Shown: positions 25,660 through 35,215 of the stretch, in pieces | Layout of the letters: each line of letters opens with the position of its first letter | Position numbering within the stretch: position 1 is the stretch's first letter | IMG/VR virus record: IMGVR_UViG_3300027759_000044 | Reading direction: 5' to 3' (one strand) | DNA length: 64,000 nucleotides | From: a virus | Taxonomy: Duplodnaviria; Caudoviricetes | Made by a program: the position numbers and the translations under genes | Notes under the pieces: generated by a model | The model's input: only the letters and a program-made list of their open reading frames with translations | Told to the model about the DNA's origin: nothing | Database searches by the model: none

Positions 25660-27051
25660 ATGGGACGTCCTCTAAAAATCGCAAAGGCTCAAGCAGTCTT
25701 AACAATCACCGATACAGCACAAACAGGTAGTATCGTTACAATCTCAGGTGGAAACTTAACAACTTCTCCTATAACCGGTGTAGCCGCAGGTATGTCATTC
25801 CAAGTAACTACTACCGTTGGTGGTTTAACAGCAGGTGTTACATATTATGTAAATTCAATACTATCAAATACTACATTTGATGTTTCAACTACACAACTAA
25901 GTGTTCAACCGCGTGTTATGGCAACATTGGAAGATACTACTGGTCAAACAAATAAAGTTATTTCATTCAATGTTGTTGATGCTTATTTCAACAATCCACT
26001 TGGTGGCGCAGGCTTTCCAGCAACTAATGCTAACACATACGGTGTAGTTGGTGGCAACACAAATATTGTTGGTAAGCAAGTATTGACAGCAGTAGCTATC
26101 GGTATTGCTGGTACAGGTACTATATATACAAGCAGTGCTAATGCTAACGTATTTGGGGTAGGTACAAACTTTACTGCACAATTGAGCGCAAACTCAGCAT
26201 TACAAGTTGCTGTTGCAAATACAAATGGTTCAACTGATTATGTAAATTTAGGTTTTGTCACAACATCAGTTGCAGGTTATGCAAATATTGAATTGTCTAA
26301 TGCCTCTGCCAGTGGAAATTTTTTGACTTCTGTAGGCAACGCACAAACATTGTTTGCAAATCAGCCAGTAGTATTAACAGCAAATATTGGTGGTCTGATT
26401 GCCGGTACAACATACTTTGTTAAAACTATTTCTAATGCAGCCGCATTCAGTGTTTCTAACTATGTTGGTGGTGCTAACGTTTCTCTTACAAACGCAAACG
26501 TATCATCTTATGCTGTTCAAGACCGTGTTGTATTGACTGGTTCTGCATCAACTACAGCATCTAATGCCGCATTTATTTACGCTGATGATGAAGCAGGTTA
26601 TATTGTTCGTCAAAAAGGTAAAACAAAGTATTTGGTAAAAGGTGGTACAACAGGCTTGACAGCACAATGTTATACTGCTAATCTTGCTAACGCCGCATTG
26701 ACACCAAACACAATGAATATTCTTTCTACTGATGTGGCATCGGCTACAGCATATGTTTCAAGTATTAATGACTATAACTCTGAAGTGTTCCCAACGCAAG
26801 TTGCAGCCGGATCAATATCAGCAGGTACAGTTTATACAATTTACTTTGCTGGTACAACAAATTGGACAGCAATTGGTGCAATGGCTAATATGACAGGTAT
26901 TACATTCACTGCTACTGCATCAGGTTCTGGTACAGGTACTGCTGTTGAATATAGTGTCAATCCTGACGTTATTGCTACATTCAATACTGCGTTTGCCGCT
27001 AATGCAGCTAACGGTCAGCCTAACCCAATCGTAGTTATTGCTAGTGCTTAA
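25660..27051 (+). CDS. Putative virion structural protein with repeated GGL.AG.TYYV modules
   Basis: Ala/Thr/Gly-rich 463 aa; late promoter motif. Confidence 0.7.
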   Translation: MGRPLKIAKAQAVLTITDTAQTGSIVTISGGNLTTSPITGVAAGMSFQVTTTVGGLTAGVTYYVNSILSNTTFDVSTTQLSVQPRVMATLEDTTGQTNKVISFNVVDAYFNNPLGGAGFPATNANTYGVVGGNTNIVGKQVLTAVAIGIAGTGTIYTSSANANVFGVGTNFTAQLSANSALQVAVANTNGSTDYVNLGFVTTSVAGYANIELSNASASGNFLTSVGNAQTLFANQPVVLTANIGGLIAGTTYFVKTISNAAAFSVSNYVGGANVSLTNANVSSYAVQDRVVLTGSASTTASNAAFIYADDEAGYIVRQKGKTKYLVKGGTTGLTAQCYTANLANAALTPNTMNILSTDVASATAYVSSINDYNSEVFPTQVAAGSISAGTVYTIYFAGTTNWTAIGAMANMTGITFTATASGSGTGTAVEYSVNPDVIATFNTAFAANAANGQPNPIVVIASA

Positions 27052-27053
27052 TT

Positions 27054-27365
27054 ATGGTAACAGGTAGAACTATTAAAATGCCAAAAACTGAAACCGATAT
27101 TGCAGTTCTTCAGGTAGAAGTCCAAAACATCACTGATGATATCCGTGAAATAAAAACGGATATCAAAGATATTCACGTTGAAATGGTTAAAAACAACGAT
27201 GATACTAGAGTGATGTTAAAGGGTATGAAGGACGCTAGTTCATCAGCACATCAGGCAATGTCTGAAAAAATTTCCGCATTAGAAAAGTGGCGATGGATGA
27301 TGATGGGAGCAGGTGTTGTAATAGGCTCGCTAGGTTTTGATACTATAGCAAAACTACTAAAATAA
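27054..27365 (+). CDS. Coiled-coil protein with C-terminal TM helix (XhlA/holin-like)
   Basis: Heptad repeats followed by LEKWRWMMMGAGVVIGSLGF. Confidence 0.55.
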   Translation: MVTGRTIKMPKTETDIAVLQVEVQNITDDIREIKTDIKDIHVEMVKNNDDTRVMLKGMKDASSSAHQAMSEKISALEKWRWMMMGAGVVIGSLGFDTIAKLLK

Positions 27366-27390
27366 AAAAACGGTCTTAGGACCGTTTTTT
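27365..27390. terminator. Bidirectional terminator between convergent genes
   Basis: AAAAAACGGTC-TTAG-GACCGTTTTTT. Confidence 0.85.
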
Positions 27391-27792
27391 CGTAAGTGCT
27401 TTTAATTTCTTCTGAACAACATCAAAATTCACTGTACTAAATAATCCAGGATGTAATGGTTTAGGATATTGATTATCACCCACCCAAGCATAACCACAAT
27501 GTTCATAATTTAATATTGGGATGAATTCTTCATCTATCGCACAAAAAAATGTATGATAGGTAAACGTATTATTCACAAATTTTTGTATCGGTACTAGTTT
27601 TGCATTTTCTGGAAAGTACCCAATTTCTTCTTGACATTCTCTATCAATACCCACAAGTAATGTTTCACCGTTTTCTATCTTACCACCTGGTATACCCCAA
27701 TTGCCCGGATTTTTGTTATCCGTTCTAAGTAGATATAAGAATCGTTGTGTGTTTTTAGCGTAAAAGAAAACGCCTGCTGAGATATTATTCAT
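27376..27792 (-). CDS. Nudix hydrolase
   Basis: Nudix box GKIENGETLLVGIDRECQEEIG; minus-strand TTGTAA-17-TATAAT promoter at 27831-27803. Confidence 0.92.
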   Translation of the reverse strand: MNNISAGVFFYAKNTQRFLYLLRTDNKNPGNWGIPGGKIENGETLLVGIDRECQEEIGYFPENAKLVPIQKFVNNTFTYHTFFCAIDEEFIPILNYEHCGYAWVGDNQYPKPLHPGLFSTVNFDVVQKKLKALTKKRS

Positions 27793-27820
27793 ATGCTAAA
27801 GTATTATAGCATAAAGTACT

Positions 27821-29197
27821 TTAGATTACAATACTATAATCACCCTGGTCGTACCAACCTTCCCAAGATTTCATCCATGCATCTTCGGTATTAACATAAC
27901 GATATTGTATGCTGGTTGTTAAATTGGTAACATATTCTACTGTAGTAGCCTGGGCACTATCAAATGATACAAACCATTCGCCTGTACCACTATCATATTC
28001 AATAATGTCATTAGCATATGCTACTACATTACCCCATGCAATAGTTGTATCACCTTCATGACCAATGTTATCTACAATAAGATATCTCATGCCATTTTCT
28101 GCGGGAGGTAACCCTGCATTTGGTCCAGTGACTAGTGGGTTAATCACGCTGTCTACAGGATCCAATGTATTTTGGGGCAGGGTATCTGGATCAATATCAT
28201 ATATCAATAATCTATCATCTACTGGATCCGGAACAATAGTGCCAACAATCTCGGTAGTCATAAATGGGTTTTGTAACCATATTTGACTGATACCGGGACG
28301 TATAGTTCCATAAACATTTAATAGACTTGACCAATATAAACTTGTATTGGGGTTAGGAGGCAAATCTAAATCTTCATTACTTGGATAGAAATCTTGATTA
28401 GCTGGTAATAGTTGTAGGCTATTACCTATCAATAATAATTTATATCCATATGGTGTAATCTTTTGTCTTGTACCTAATAATAAATCATCATTCTGTATAT
28501 CATCCAGTGCTTTACCAGAGAATATACTTGCAATAATCTTTTCAATAACACCCATCTTTTTAAGTTTAGCCGCATTGCTAATCCATATAGGCATATAAAA
28601 TTTCCAACTTAGTACATCAATAGGATTACCTGTACCTTGTGGTATTTGTCTACTACTAAATGTTAAACCATCTTGATACACAACACTTAAACTAGTCCAA
28701 TCAATAAAGTTATCAGTAGATTGAATTTCTAATGAAGGATTGAATAGTGTGCCTAGTTGTTCAATCAATTCTAATTTTTGATTGTAATTAGTTGTCCATA
28801 AATCTACACTCATACGTAATGTATAGGGTACTGGCATTAATCTTTCAACAGTAAATGCTTGTCCTTGTACAGTTTCATAGCTTTGTGTTTCTGCATTATA
28901 GCTACGTTGACGAACTTGAATCTTATCAACAAAGGTAGGATCTTGAGTTCTACGTTGATCATATTCTAAACCAGTAATGTAATAAGTGATTAGTGGTGCG
29001 CTAGGCAAATTACTAGCACTATTGTTAGCAATAATTGTACTTGCTTGACGACTTGAATCACCATACATAACTGGAACACGAACCAATATTTCATTGCCCG
29101 CGGGGTCTTTGCCTTTAGTAACATACCAATTGCTAAAGATTTTTCCAAATTGAATTAGAAATCTGCGTACTTGATTATCATAGAAAAATTGTGCCAT
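27821..29197 (-). CDS. gp15: Tail terminator / sheath stabiliser, gp15-like, with C-terminal extension
   Basis: FFYDNQVRRFLIQFGKIF, VPVMYG, PVPYTLRM, ELIEQLGTLFNP. Confidence 0.75.
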   Translation of the reverse strand: MAQFFYDNQVRRFLIQFGKIFSNWYVTKGKDPAGNEILVRVPVMYGDSSRQASTIIANNSASNLPSAPLITYYITGLEYDQRRTQDPTFVDKIQVRQRSYNAETQSYETVQGQAFTVERLMPVPYTLRMSVDLWTTNYNQKLELIEQLGTLFNPSLEIQSTDNFIDWTSLSVVYQDGLTFSSRQIPQGTGNPIDVLSWKFYMPIWISNAAKLKKMGVIEKIIASIFSGKALDDIQNDDLLLGTRQKITPYGYKLLLIGNSLQLLPANQDFYPSNEDLDLPPNPNTSLYWSSLLNVYGTIRPGISQIWLQNPFMTTEIVGTIVPDPVDDRLLIYDIDPDTLPQNTLDPVDSVINPLVTGPNAGLPPAENGMRYLIVDNIGHEGDTTIAWGNVVAYANDIIEYDSGTGEWFVSFDSAQATTVEYVTNLTTSIQYRYVNTEDAWMKSWEGWYDQGDYSIVI

Positions 29198-29200
29198 TTA

Positions 29201-30919
29201 TTAAATTACCGGTGGTAGTGGATCTGGTGCTATCGTTAAAATAGTTGATAGAGCTTGTTTCTGTGGTATCTCTGTACCATTAGTTGTGACAGTAACATTA
29301 CTGTTATTTATGAAAGTAGATTGCTGTGACAAATCTGTTTCAGTAAATCCTGTAGGTGTTCTGACGTTTTTAGATATACGAACCCATATTCTACCGTCCC
29401 AACGATAAAGAAGTTGTGGTAAATAATCTGTGCGTAAGAAATATGCACCCACTTCTGGGTTTTGAGGAAAAGCAATACCTGCTCCTGTCGGGAATCCATT
29501 TGGTGCTTCGCCCGTACCGTCTAAGTAACCAGTTGTATATCCAAAACTTCTTGGGCTACTACGAGCAATGAATTGGAATCTTGGATCAGAATCTGCACGA
29601 TAGTCCATAGTATCTGGGCCATATGGTTGTGTTCCAGTAAAGTTTGGTGCTACTGGATTCTGATCGGCAAACGCATATGTGTTATCTGAAGTACCATATG
29701 GTCCTGTAATTGGCCCTGTTGGCAATGCTGTTAATACAATCTCACCCTCAACTGCTCCCGAACCGTTACCAATGAGTGTGGGTGCAATAGTAGCAGTTTC
29801 TAAATTAATTTGTCGTGCGGCTTGTAAAGGATCAAATGTCATGTCCGCTGACATATCCCATATACTTTGAATTGTTGCTTTAGGTATGCGTAATATAGGA
29901 CTTGCGTTTTTGTAAGCAGGACTACGAACTATTGCTACAACACCGGTTGCTACAACAGGAGCACCTCCGTTATTAGCAATAACATTTATAGGAGGAGCGG
30001 GTTGATTATATTTACCTGATAATTCTGTATTAGTTTCAAATTCACCATATGTAGGTACAATATATAAATTACTTCTATCGTAACCTGATTTAGGTACTAA
30101 TCTATCAGCCTCTTCAATAATAGCATTATTGATTTGTAGATTCTTATTGTATGTAGCAAGAATATCTTTAAGATTTTGATTAGGATCAAGTTCCCAGAAT
30201 ACTGTATTAGGAGGAGTAATACCAATTGGTACTTCTTGTTTAGATAGATAATTTTTATCACCAAATGTAATAGTATAACCGGCTGGATATGTTCTAGTAG
30301 CATCCCATAATCCAAGATAATTATCCTGATTAATTGGCTCAGATAATATCTGACTAAATTCTTCACTATCAACTAATGGTTCACATTTAATACGCCATAA
30401 ATGCGGATACCAAGTAGGACTAAATCCTTCACTAGCAAAATTACCATCTGTTATTTGATAAAATCTTTTTAATGCTACCGGAATAGTTTCTTTTAATGGA
30501 TTATAATCTAATAGATGAGGTAATTCTAATACATCACCTACCATTAATTTACGACCAATTAAATCAATCATATCATTATAATGAATGGTAATAAAAATAA
30601 TATCGTTATTTAAGAATAAACCAAATTGGCTTAAATTAAAGTCTAAATTCTGAACATTATAATGACCACGTAATCTATAAATATTAGGGTCATATGTTCT
30701 ATCTCTATTCTCTAAAAATAGTAAATCTTGTATATTAGTAGGATCTAATACATCATATTGTGGTTGTGTATAATCAATACTTGCACCCTGATCTGTGGGT
30801 CCTAAGTATTTGTGAATATATAAATCTGTGGAGCCAACAGTAAACATCTCTGATATTGTTCTATCAAAGAATCGATAATCGTTTGATTTTGTCGGGTGAT
30901 ATAGTGATAATCTAGGCAT
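29201..30919 (-). CDS. gp14: Neck / head-completion protein, gp14-like, extended
   Basis: LFLENRDR, LSQFGLFL, GDVLELP pattern; adjacent to gp15-like; minus-strand GATAAATA at 30926-30933. Confidence 0.65.
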   Translation of the reverse strand: MPRLSLYHPTKSNDYRFFDRTISEMFTVGSTDLYIHKYLGPTDQGASIDYTQPQYDVLDPTNIQDLLFLENRDRTYDPNIYRLRGHYNVQNLDFNLSQFGLFLNNDIIFITIHYNDMIDLIGRKLMVGDVLELPHLLDYNPLKETIPVALKRFYQITDGNFASEGFSPTWYPHLWRIKCEPLVDSEEFSQILSEPINQDNYLGLWDATRTYPAGYTITFGDKNYLSKQEVPIGITPPNTVFWELDPNQNLKDILATYNKNLQINNAIIEEADRLVPKSGYDRSNLYIVPTYGEFETNTELSGKYNQPAPPINVIANNGGAPVVATGVVAIVRSPAYKNASPILRIPKATIQSIWDMSADMTFDPLQAARQINLETATIAPTLIGNGSGAVEGEIVLTALPTGPITGPYGTSDNTYAFADQNPVAPNFTGTQPYGPDTMDYRADSDPRFQFIARSSPRSFGYTTGYLDGTGEAPNGFPTGAGIAFPQNPEVGAYFLRTDYLPQLLYRWDGRIWVRISKNVRTPTGFTETDLSQQSTFINNSNVTVTTNGTEIPQKQALSTILTIAPDPLPPVI

Positions 30920-30972
30920 ATCTATTATTTATCTGTTCAGCAGATAGAGTTAAAAACGGGTCAACTGCAAGG

Positions 30973-31001
30973 TTGACAATAAATGGAACATCTGCTATAA
31001 T
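30973..31001 (+). promoter_or_regulatory. Class I sigma70-type (early) promoter
   Basis: TTGACA 30973-30978, ATAAATGG, TATAAT 30996-31001. Confidence 0.9.
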
Positions 31002-31033
31002 ACATAAATGCGCTATAAATTTAGGAGAACTTA

Positions 31034-32218
31034 ATGGCAACACGTAAACCCGCAAAGAAAATCATTAAAGCTAGTGATTATTCACAGGTTAAGACACTTA
31101 ACCCTAGAGACCCGGACATTGAATATTTAGGTCCTGAACCTATGTTTGCCGTACAACCCGATCCAGATAGACGCCGAGTAGCACTTATGCGTAGTTTCAC
31201 ATGGTATGGTCGTTTCTATGGCAAGAAAGATGCTAAAGAATTCTTATCACAATACTTAGACCTACGTGAACGACCACAAGAGGCTAAAATTATGCGTAAG
31301 ATTGATGAAAGAGAATGTATCAATACTCTAGCTTGGTTGGCACGTATGGAATTGCGTGGGCTAGAACTTTCTGAAACAGAATCAGATACCCTACAAAATG
31401 AAATTAAACGATTGCTTGAAACTATTAATAAACCAGAAGTGATTGAAGCTACTGTACCCGAAGTGTCTAATAGACCTAACATTCAGGAAATTCTAAAAGA
31501 TAAAGCACGTGAAGCCGCAGGTGAACTTGAAGGATTGTTTGATGAATATATTACATCAGGTGCAGGATCAAAACATACATTAAGACCAATAGATGAGGTT
31601 GCTAAAAAGAATGTAATGCCACAACATATCAGTTTATTGACCGATGTATGGAAAAAGAAATTGAATGAAATTGAAGAAGTATTAAAAGGTACTGATAGTC
31701 AATTAGTGCAGGGTTATCAACATTTAACTAAAACACAATTGAAAAATATTGTAAAGTTTATTGAGTTAGTTATTAGTGATTTGAATAGTTACATTAGTGT
31801 TAAGAAAGCCGCTAAAGCTCCTAGGGCACGTAAGGCTGTACCTGTAGAGAAACAAGTAGCAAAACTTAAGTATCTTAAAACATTCAAAGATACTGCAAGT
31901 AAACTTGATTTGATGAGTATCAGTCCTATTAAGCTTCATGGCGCAAGTGAAGCATGGGTTTATGATACAGCAAAACGCAAATTACATCATTACATTGCTG
32001 ATGACTATAGCAAAACGTTTACTGTTAAAGGTAGCACATTGTTAGGGTTTGATACAGCACAAAGTGAAGTGAAAACACTACGTAAACCGGCTGAGCAGAT
32101 TAAAGAAGTTATGGGTAGCAAGCCGGCAGCACGTAAGTATTTTAAAGACATTAAAGCAGTTAGTACAACACCTAATGGTAGGTTTAACGACCAAATGATT
32201 ATTTTGAAAGCATTTTAA
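31034..32218 (+). CDS. Hypothetical early protein
   Basis: 394-aa ORF, RBS AGGAG, class I promoter. Confidence 0.85.
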   Translation: MATRKPAKKIIKASDYSQVKTLNPRDPDIEYLGPEPMFAVQPDPDRRRVALMRSFTWYGRFYGKKDAKEFLSQYLDLRERPQEAKIMRKIDERECINTLAWLARMELRGLELSETESDTLQNEIKRLLETINKPEVIEATVPEVSNRPNIQEILKDKAREAAGELEGLFDEYITSGAGSKHTLRPIDEVAKKNVMPQHISLLTDVWKKKLNEIEEVLKGTDSQLVQGYQHLTKTQLKNIVKFIELVISDLNSYISVKKAAKAPRARKAVPVEKQVAKLKYLKTFKDTASKLDLMSISPIKLHGASEAWVYDTAKRKLHHYIADDYSKTFTVKGSTLLGFDTAQSEVKTLRKPAEQIKEVMGSKPAARKYFKDIKAVSTTPNGRFNDQMIILKAF

Positions 32219-32400
32219 TGAGCGATATTCAAGACCGAATGGAAGAACTAATTAAGCCAATAGACCAGCAAATTATGATGTGTGATGATAGGCGTGATTT
32301 GCTTATGTTTAATTGTGCTATGTTACAGCGTGTAAGAGAATTATTTGATGCGCTAGTAGGAGAAGAGGGTAGAAAACAAATGTTTAAGGATTTAGTATGA
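32218..32400 (+). CDS. Hypothetical protein
   Basis: TAATG and ATGA coupling on both sides. Confidence 0.7.
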   Translation: MSDIQDRMEELIKPIDQQIMMCDDRRDLLMFNCAMLQRVRELFDALVGEEGRKQMFKDLV

Positions 32401-32828
32401 ATATTGATTTGAACAAATACAAAGATTTTGTAGAAGCAGTAACTAGTAAACCTAGTAATGACTTAACTACATTTATGGACCGATGTGATGAACTTGATGG
32501 TAATTACATTGGTGACGGATTACATGGACCTGATATCAATGTCCCGCTACTACTCACCGCTTGTCTAGGATTAGCGGCTGAAAGTGGAGAATTTATTGAA
32601 GTGCCCAAAAAGATGTTTTTTCAGGGTAAACCATTAAATGATGAGAACGTCTTTCATATGAAACGAGAACTCGGGGATATCATGTGGTATTGGATTAATG
32701 CTTGTAGAGCATTAAATCTTGACCCAAATGATGTTATTAATGAGAATGTACGTAAATTAGAAAGTCGCTATCCCGGTGGTAGTTTTGACGCACATTATAG
32801 TGAGAATCGTAAACCGGGCGATTTGTGA
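32397..32828 (+). CDS. mazG: MazG-like nucleotide pyrophosphohydrolase
   Basis: GLAAESGEFIE...KK...RELGDIMWY. Confidence 0.9.
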   Translation: MNIDLNKYKDFVEAVTSKPSNDLTTFMDRCDELDGNYIGDGLHGPDINVPLLLTACLGLAAESGEFIEVPKKMFFQGKPLNDENVFHMKRELGDIMWYWINACRALNLDPNDVINENVRKLESRYPGGSFDAHYSENRKPGDL

Positions 32829-32870
32829 TTGTTAGTTGTTTCCTGATAAATACAATATCGGGAAACATAT

Positions 32871-33668
32871 ATGACAATATCAGCAACAGCAAGTATCCTT
32901 TCTACTCCATCTGGTCTAACATTAGATGAATTGAAACAAGCATTATTCCAAAACGTCAGATATCGTCTGGGAGATGGTATCATTGACTTGGAATTAGATC
33001 CTCAACACTATGAGGCAGCATATAACTATGCTATCAAAGTCTATCGTCAACGAGCGCAAAATGCCACAGCAGAATCCTATACTCTTTTCACAATAGAAAA
33101 GAATGTTGATACATATACCCTACCACAAGAATTTATTAACGTCAGATGTTTATATCGTAGAACAGTTGGATTAGAAACAGGACCAAGTTCTAGTTCATTT
33201 GATCCATTCAGTTCAGCTATTCTAAACACATATTTGTTAAATTATAATTATGCTGGTGGTATGGCAACATATGACTTTTATGCTGGTTATGTTGAACTAG
33301 CCGCACGTATGTTTGGTGGTTATGTAGTTTATACCTTTGATCCAGTTACCAAAGTATTGCGTATTGTACGTGATCCAAAAGGTTCTGGAGAACGTGTATT
33401 AATTTGGGCAGATGTACAAAGAACACAAGAAGTATTATTACAAGATCCGGGCGCTGGAGTTTGGATTGGTGATTGGGTATTTGCTGTATTAAAAGGTATC
33501 ATTGGTGAAGCACGTGAAAAGTTTGCTAGTATCGCAGGTCCAGGTGGCGGCACAAGTTTGAATGGTGCGGCAATGAAAGCTGAATCTAAACAACTTCAAC
33601 AAGAACTTATTGAAGAATTGAAACGTTATGTAGATTACAGTCAACCATTGACTTGGGTACAGGGCTAA
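32871..33668 (+). CDS. gp13: Neck protein, gp13-like
   Basis: VRYRLGDGIIDLELDPQHY resembles T4 gp13 RRLGAPIINVELT; late motif at 32845. Confidence 0.75.
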   Translation: MTISATASILSTPSGLTLDELKQALFQNVRYRLGDGIIDLELDPQHYEAAYNYAIKVYRQRAQNATAESYTLFTIEKNVDTYTLPQEFINVRCLYRRTVGLETGPSSSSFDPFSSAILNTYLLNYNYAGGMATYDFYAGYVELAARMFGGYVVYTFDPVTKVLRIVRDPKGSGERVLIWADVQRTQEVLLQDPGAGVWIGDWVFAVLKGIIGEAREKFASIAGPGGGTSLNGAAMKAESKQLQQELIEELKRYVDYSQPLTWVQG

Positions 33669-34076
33669 ATGAGAGCAATTGAATTTATAATTGAATCCAA
33701 TAACATTGCTTCAGCAGAGAAGGTATGGGATTATGTTGATGGCTCTCATCCCAAAGACCAACAAGGTGGCGGATTTTTAAAAAGTTTGGTAATGCGTAAT
33801 CCACAATATGAATTAAAACGTGTACCATTATCAAGTTTACACGTACCAAACGACAAAGATGAAGGCAATGATCCATATGGACGAGCTATGTTTGTCGATG
33901 TTGACCATGCAAGAGAGTATAGTCAACATTACATAGATAAAAAGCCATTAGTAGTTGATTCACGAGGACACATACTAGATGGTGCACATAGAGCTTGGGC
34001 CGCATCAGAGTTATTGAATAAAACTGATATCATGGCTTGGGTTCCTGTTAAACAAGGTGTGGCGGAAGATAATTAA
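33669..34076 (+). CDS. ParB/Srx-like domain protein with head-protein-type N-terminus
   Basis: KPLVVD...ILDGAHRAWA; starts MRAIEFIIE, ends QGVAEDN. Confidence 0.65.
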   Translation: MRAIEFIIESNNIASAEKVWDYVDGSHPKDQQGGGFLKSLVMRNPQYELKRVPLSSLHVPNDKDEGNDPYGRAMFVDVDHAREYSQHYIDKKPLVVDSRGHILDGAHRAWAASELLNKTDIMAWVPVKQGVAEDN

Positions 34077-34114
34077 CCTAAACAGTTTACTTTACGACAC
34101 TCCTGTAGTACAAT
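34073..34114 (+). promoter_or_regulatory. Class II (AACC-box) promoter
   Basis: TTAACCTAAA-CAG-TTTACT 34086-34091, 17 nt, TACAAT 34109-34114. Confidence 0.7.
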
Positions 34115-34135
34115 ATGTATTACAGGAGTTACCAT

Positions 34136-34768
34136 ATGATTATTGGAGTTACAGGTTTAATTGGGTCAGGCAAAGATACGATTGCTGACTATCTTTGTAC
34201 ATTTCACGGGTTCAAACGTGTTAGCTTTGCGGCATCATTGAAAGACGCAGTAGCCAGTGTATTTGGTTGGAATAGAGAATACCTAGAAGGTTCTACTAAA
34301 ACAAGTAGAGCTTGGCGAGAACAGAAAGATGAATGGTGGAGTGAACGTCTTGGTATGGAGATCACCCCAAGATGGGTATTACAATATTGGGGTACAGAAG
34401 TATGTCGTAATAACTTTCATAGTGATATTTGGGTAGCAAGTGTAGAGAATAAACTACGTCAAACCGATGAAAACATTGTGATTACCGATTGCCGTTTTGC
34501 TAATGAAGTTAATTCTATCAAAAGTGTAGGTGGAATAACAATGCGTGTTAATAGAGGTGAACGACCAATTTGGTATAGTGCGGCAGTTGATTATAACAAT
34601 GAACCTGAAGGTAGCGAACAAAAAATAAAAGCTATGGTAGAATTAGGAAACTATAGTGTCCATGCTAGTGAATACTCTAGTATTGGATTATTATATGACC
34701 ATTATATTGACAACAATGGTTCAATCGATGAGTTACATAAACAAGTCAACTCAGTAGTCAACCTGTAA
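34136..34768 (+). CDS. gp1: Deoxynucleoside monophosphate kinase, gp1-like
   Basis: GLIGSGKDT, FAASLK, TPRWVLQYWGTE, ITDCRFANE, HASE; start re-called to MIIGV. Confidence 0.92.
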   Translation: MIIGVTGLIGSGKDTIADYLCTFHGFKRVSFAASLKDAVASVFGWNREYLEGSTKTSRAWREQKDEWWSERLGMEITPRWVLQYWGTEVCRNNFHSDIWVASVENKLRQTDENIVITDCRFANEVNSIKSVGGITMRVNRGERPIWYSAAVDYNNEPEGSEQKIKAMVELGNYSVHASEYSSIGLLYDHYIDNNGSIDELHKQVNSVVNL

Positions 34769-35098
34769 GTCCCCTCGTTTCCAAGTAACTTCTTTCTTTT
34801 TAACTACTTCCACACAGTTAAGACAGATACTACGTAGATTAGATAGTTCAGCGTTATCTAAGTTACCGTCAATGTGAAAGACTGTAATTTGACTTGTAAA
34901 TAGACTTTTGAAGCCGCATAAATCACATGCGGCTTTTTTCTTATATCCCTTGCTTTTCCATTTAGGGATTCTAGGTTTAAGTTTATTTTTCTTTCTCCCA
35001 CACTCATCGCACAAGCTTCTATAGTGTGTTATACCTACACGGTGGTAGTTAACAGAACAGTGATTCTTTCCACAGGTGTTGCATATAGGTCTCATCAT
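34751..35098 (-). CDS. Zinc-finger / HNH-like protein
   Basis: CxxC x4; FHIDGNLDNAELSNLRSICLNC; start re-called to MMRPIC. Confidence 0.7.
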   Translation of the reverse strand: MMRPICNTCGKNHCSVNYHRVGITHYRSLCDECGRKKNKLKPRIPKWKSKGYKKKAACDLCGFKSLFTSQITVFHIDGNLDNAELSNLRSICLNCVEVVKKKEVTWKRGDLQVDY

Positions 35099-35215
35099 GT
35101 ATTTACTCATAAAGCCTTCGAAGGCACGGTAAGTATGTCTTTTTATAAGTATTTGATAAATATTAATATGCAAACAGGTAGTAAACCTTAAAATTTTACA
35201 TAAAGGAAATATAAA

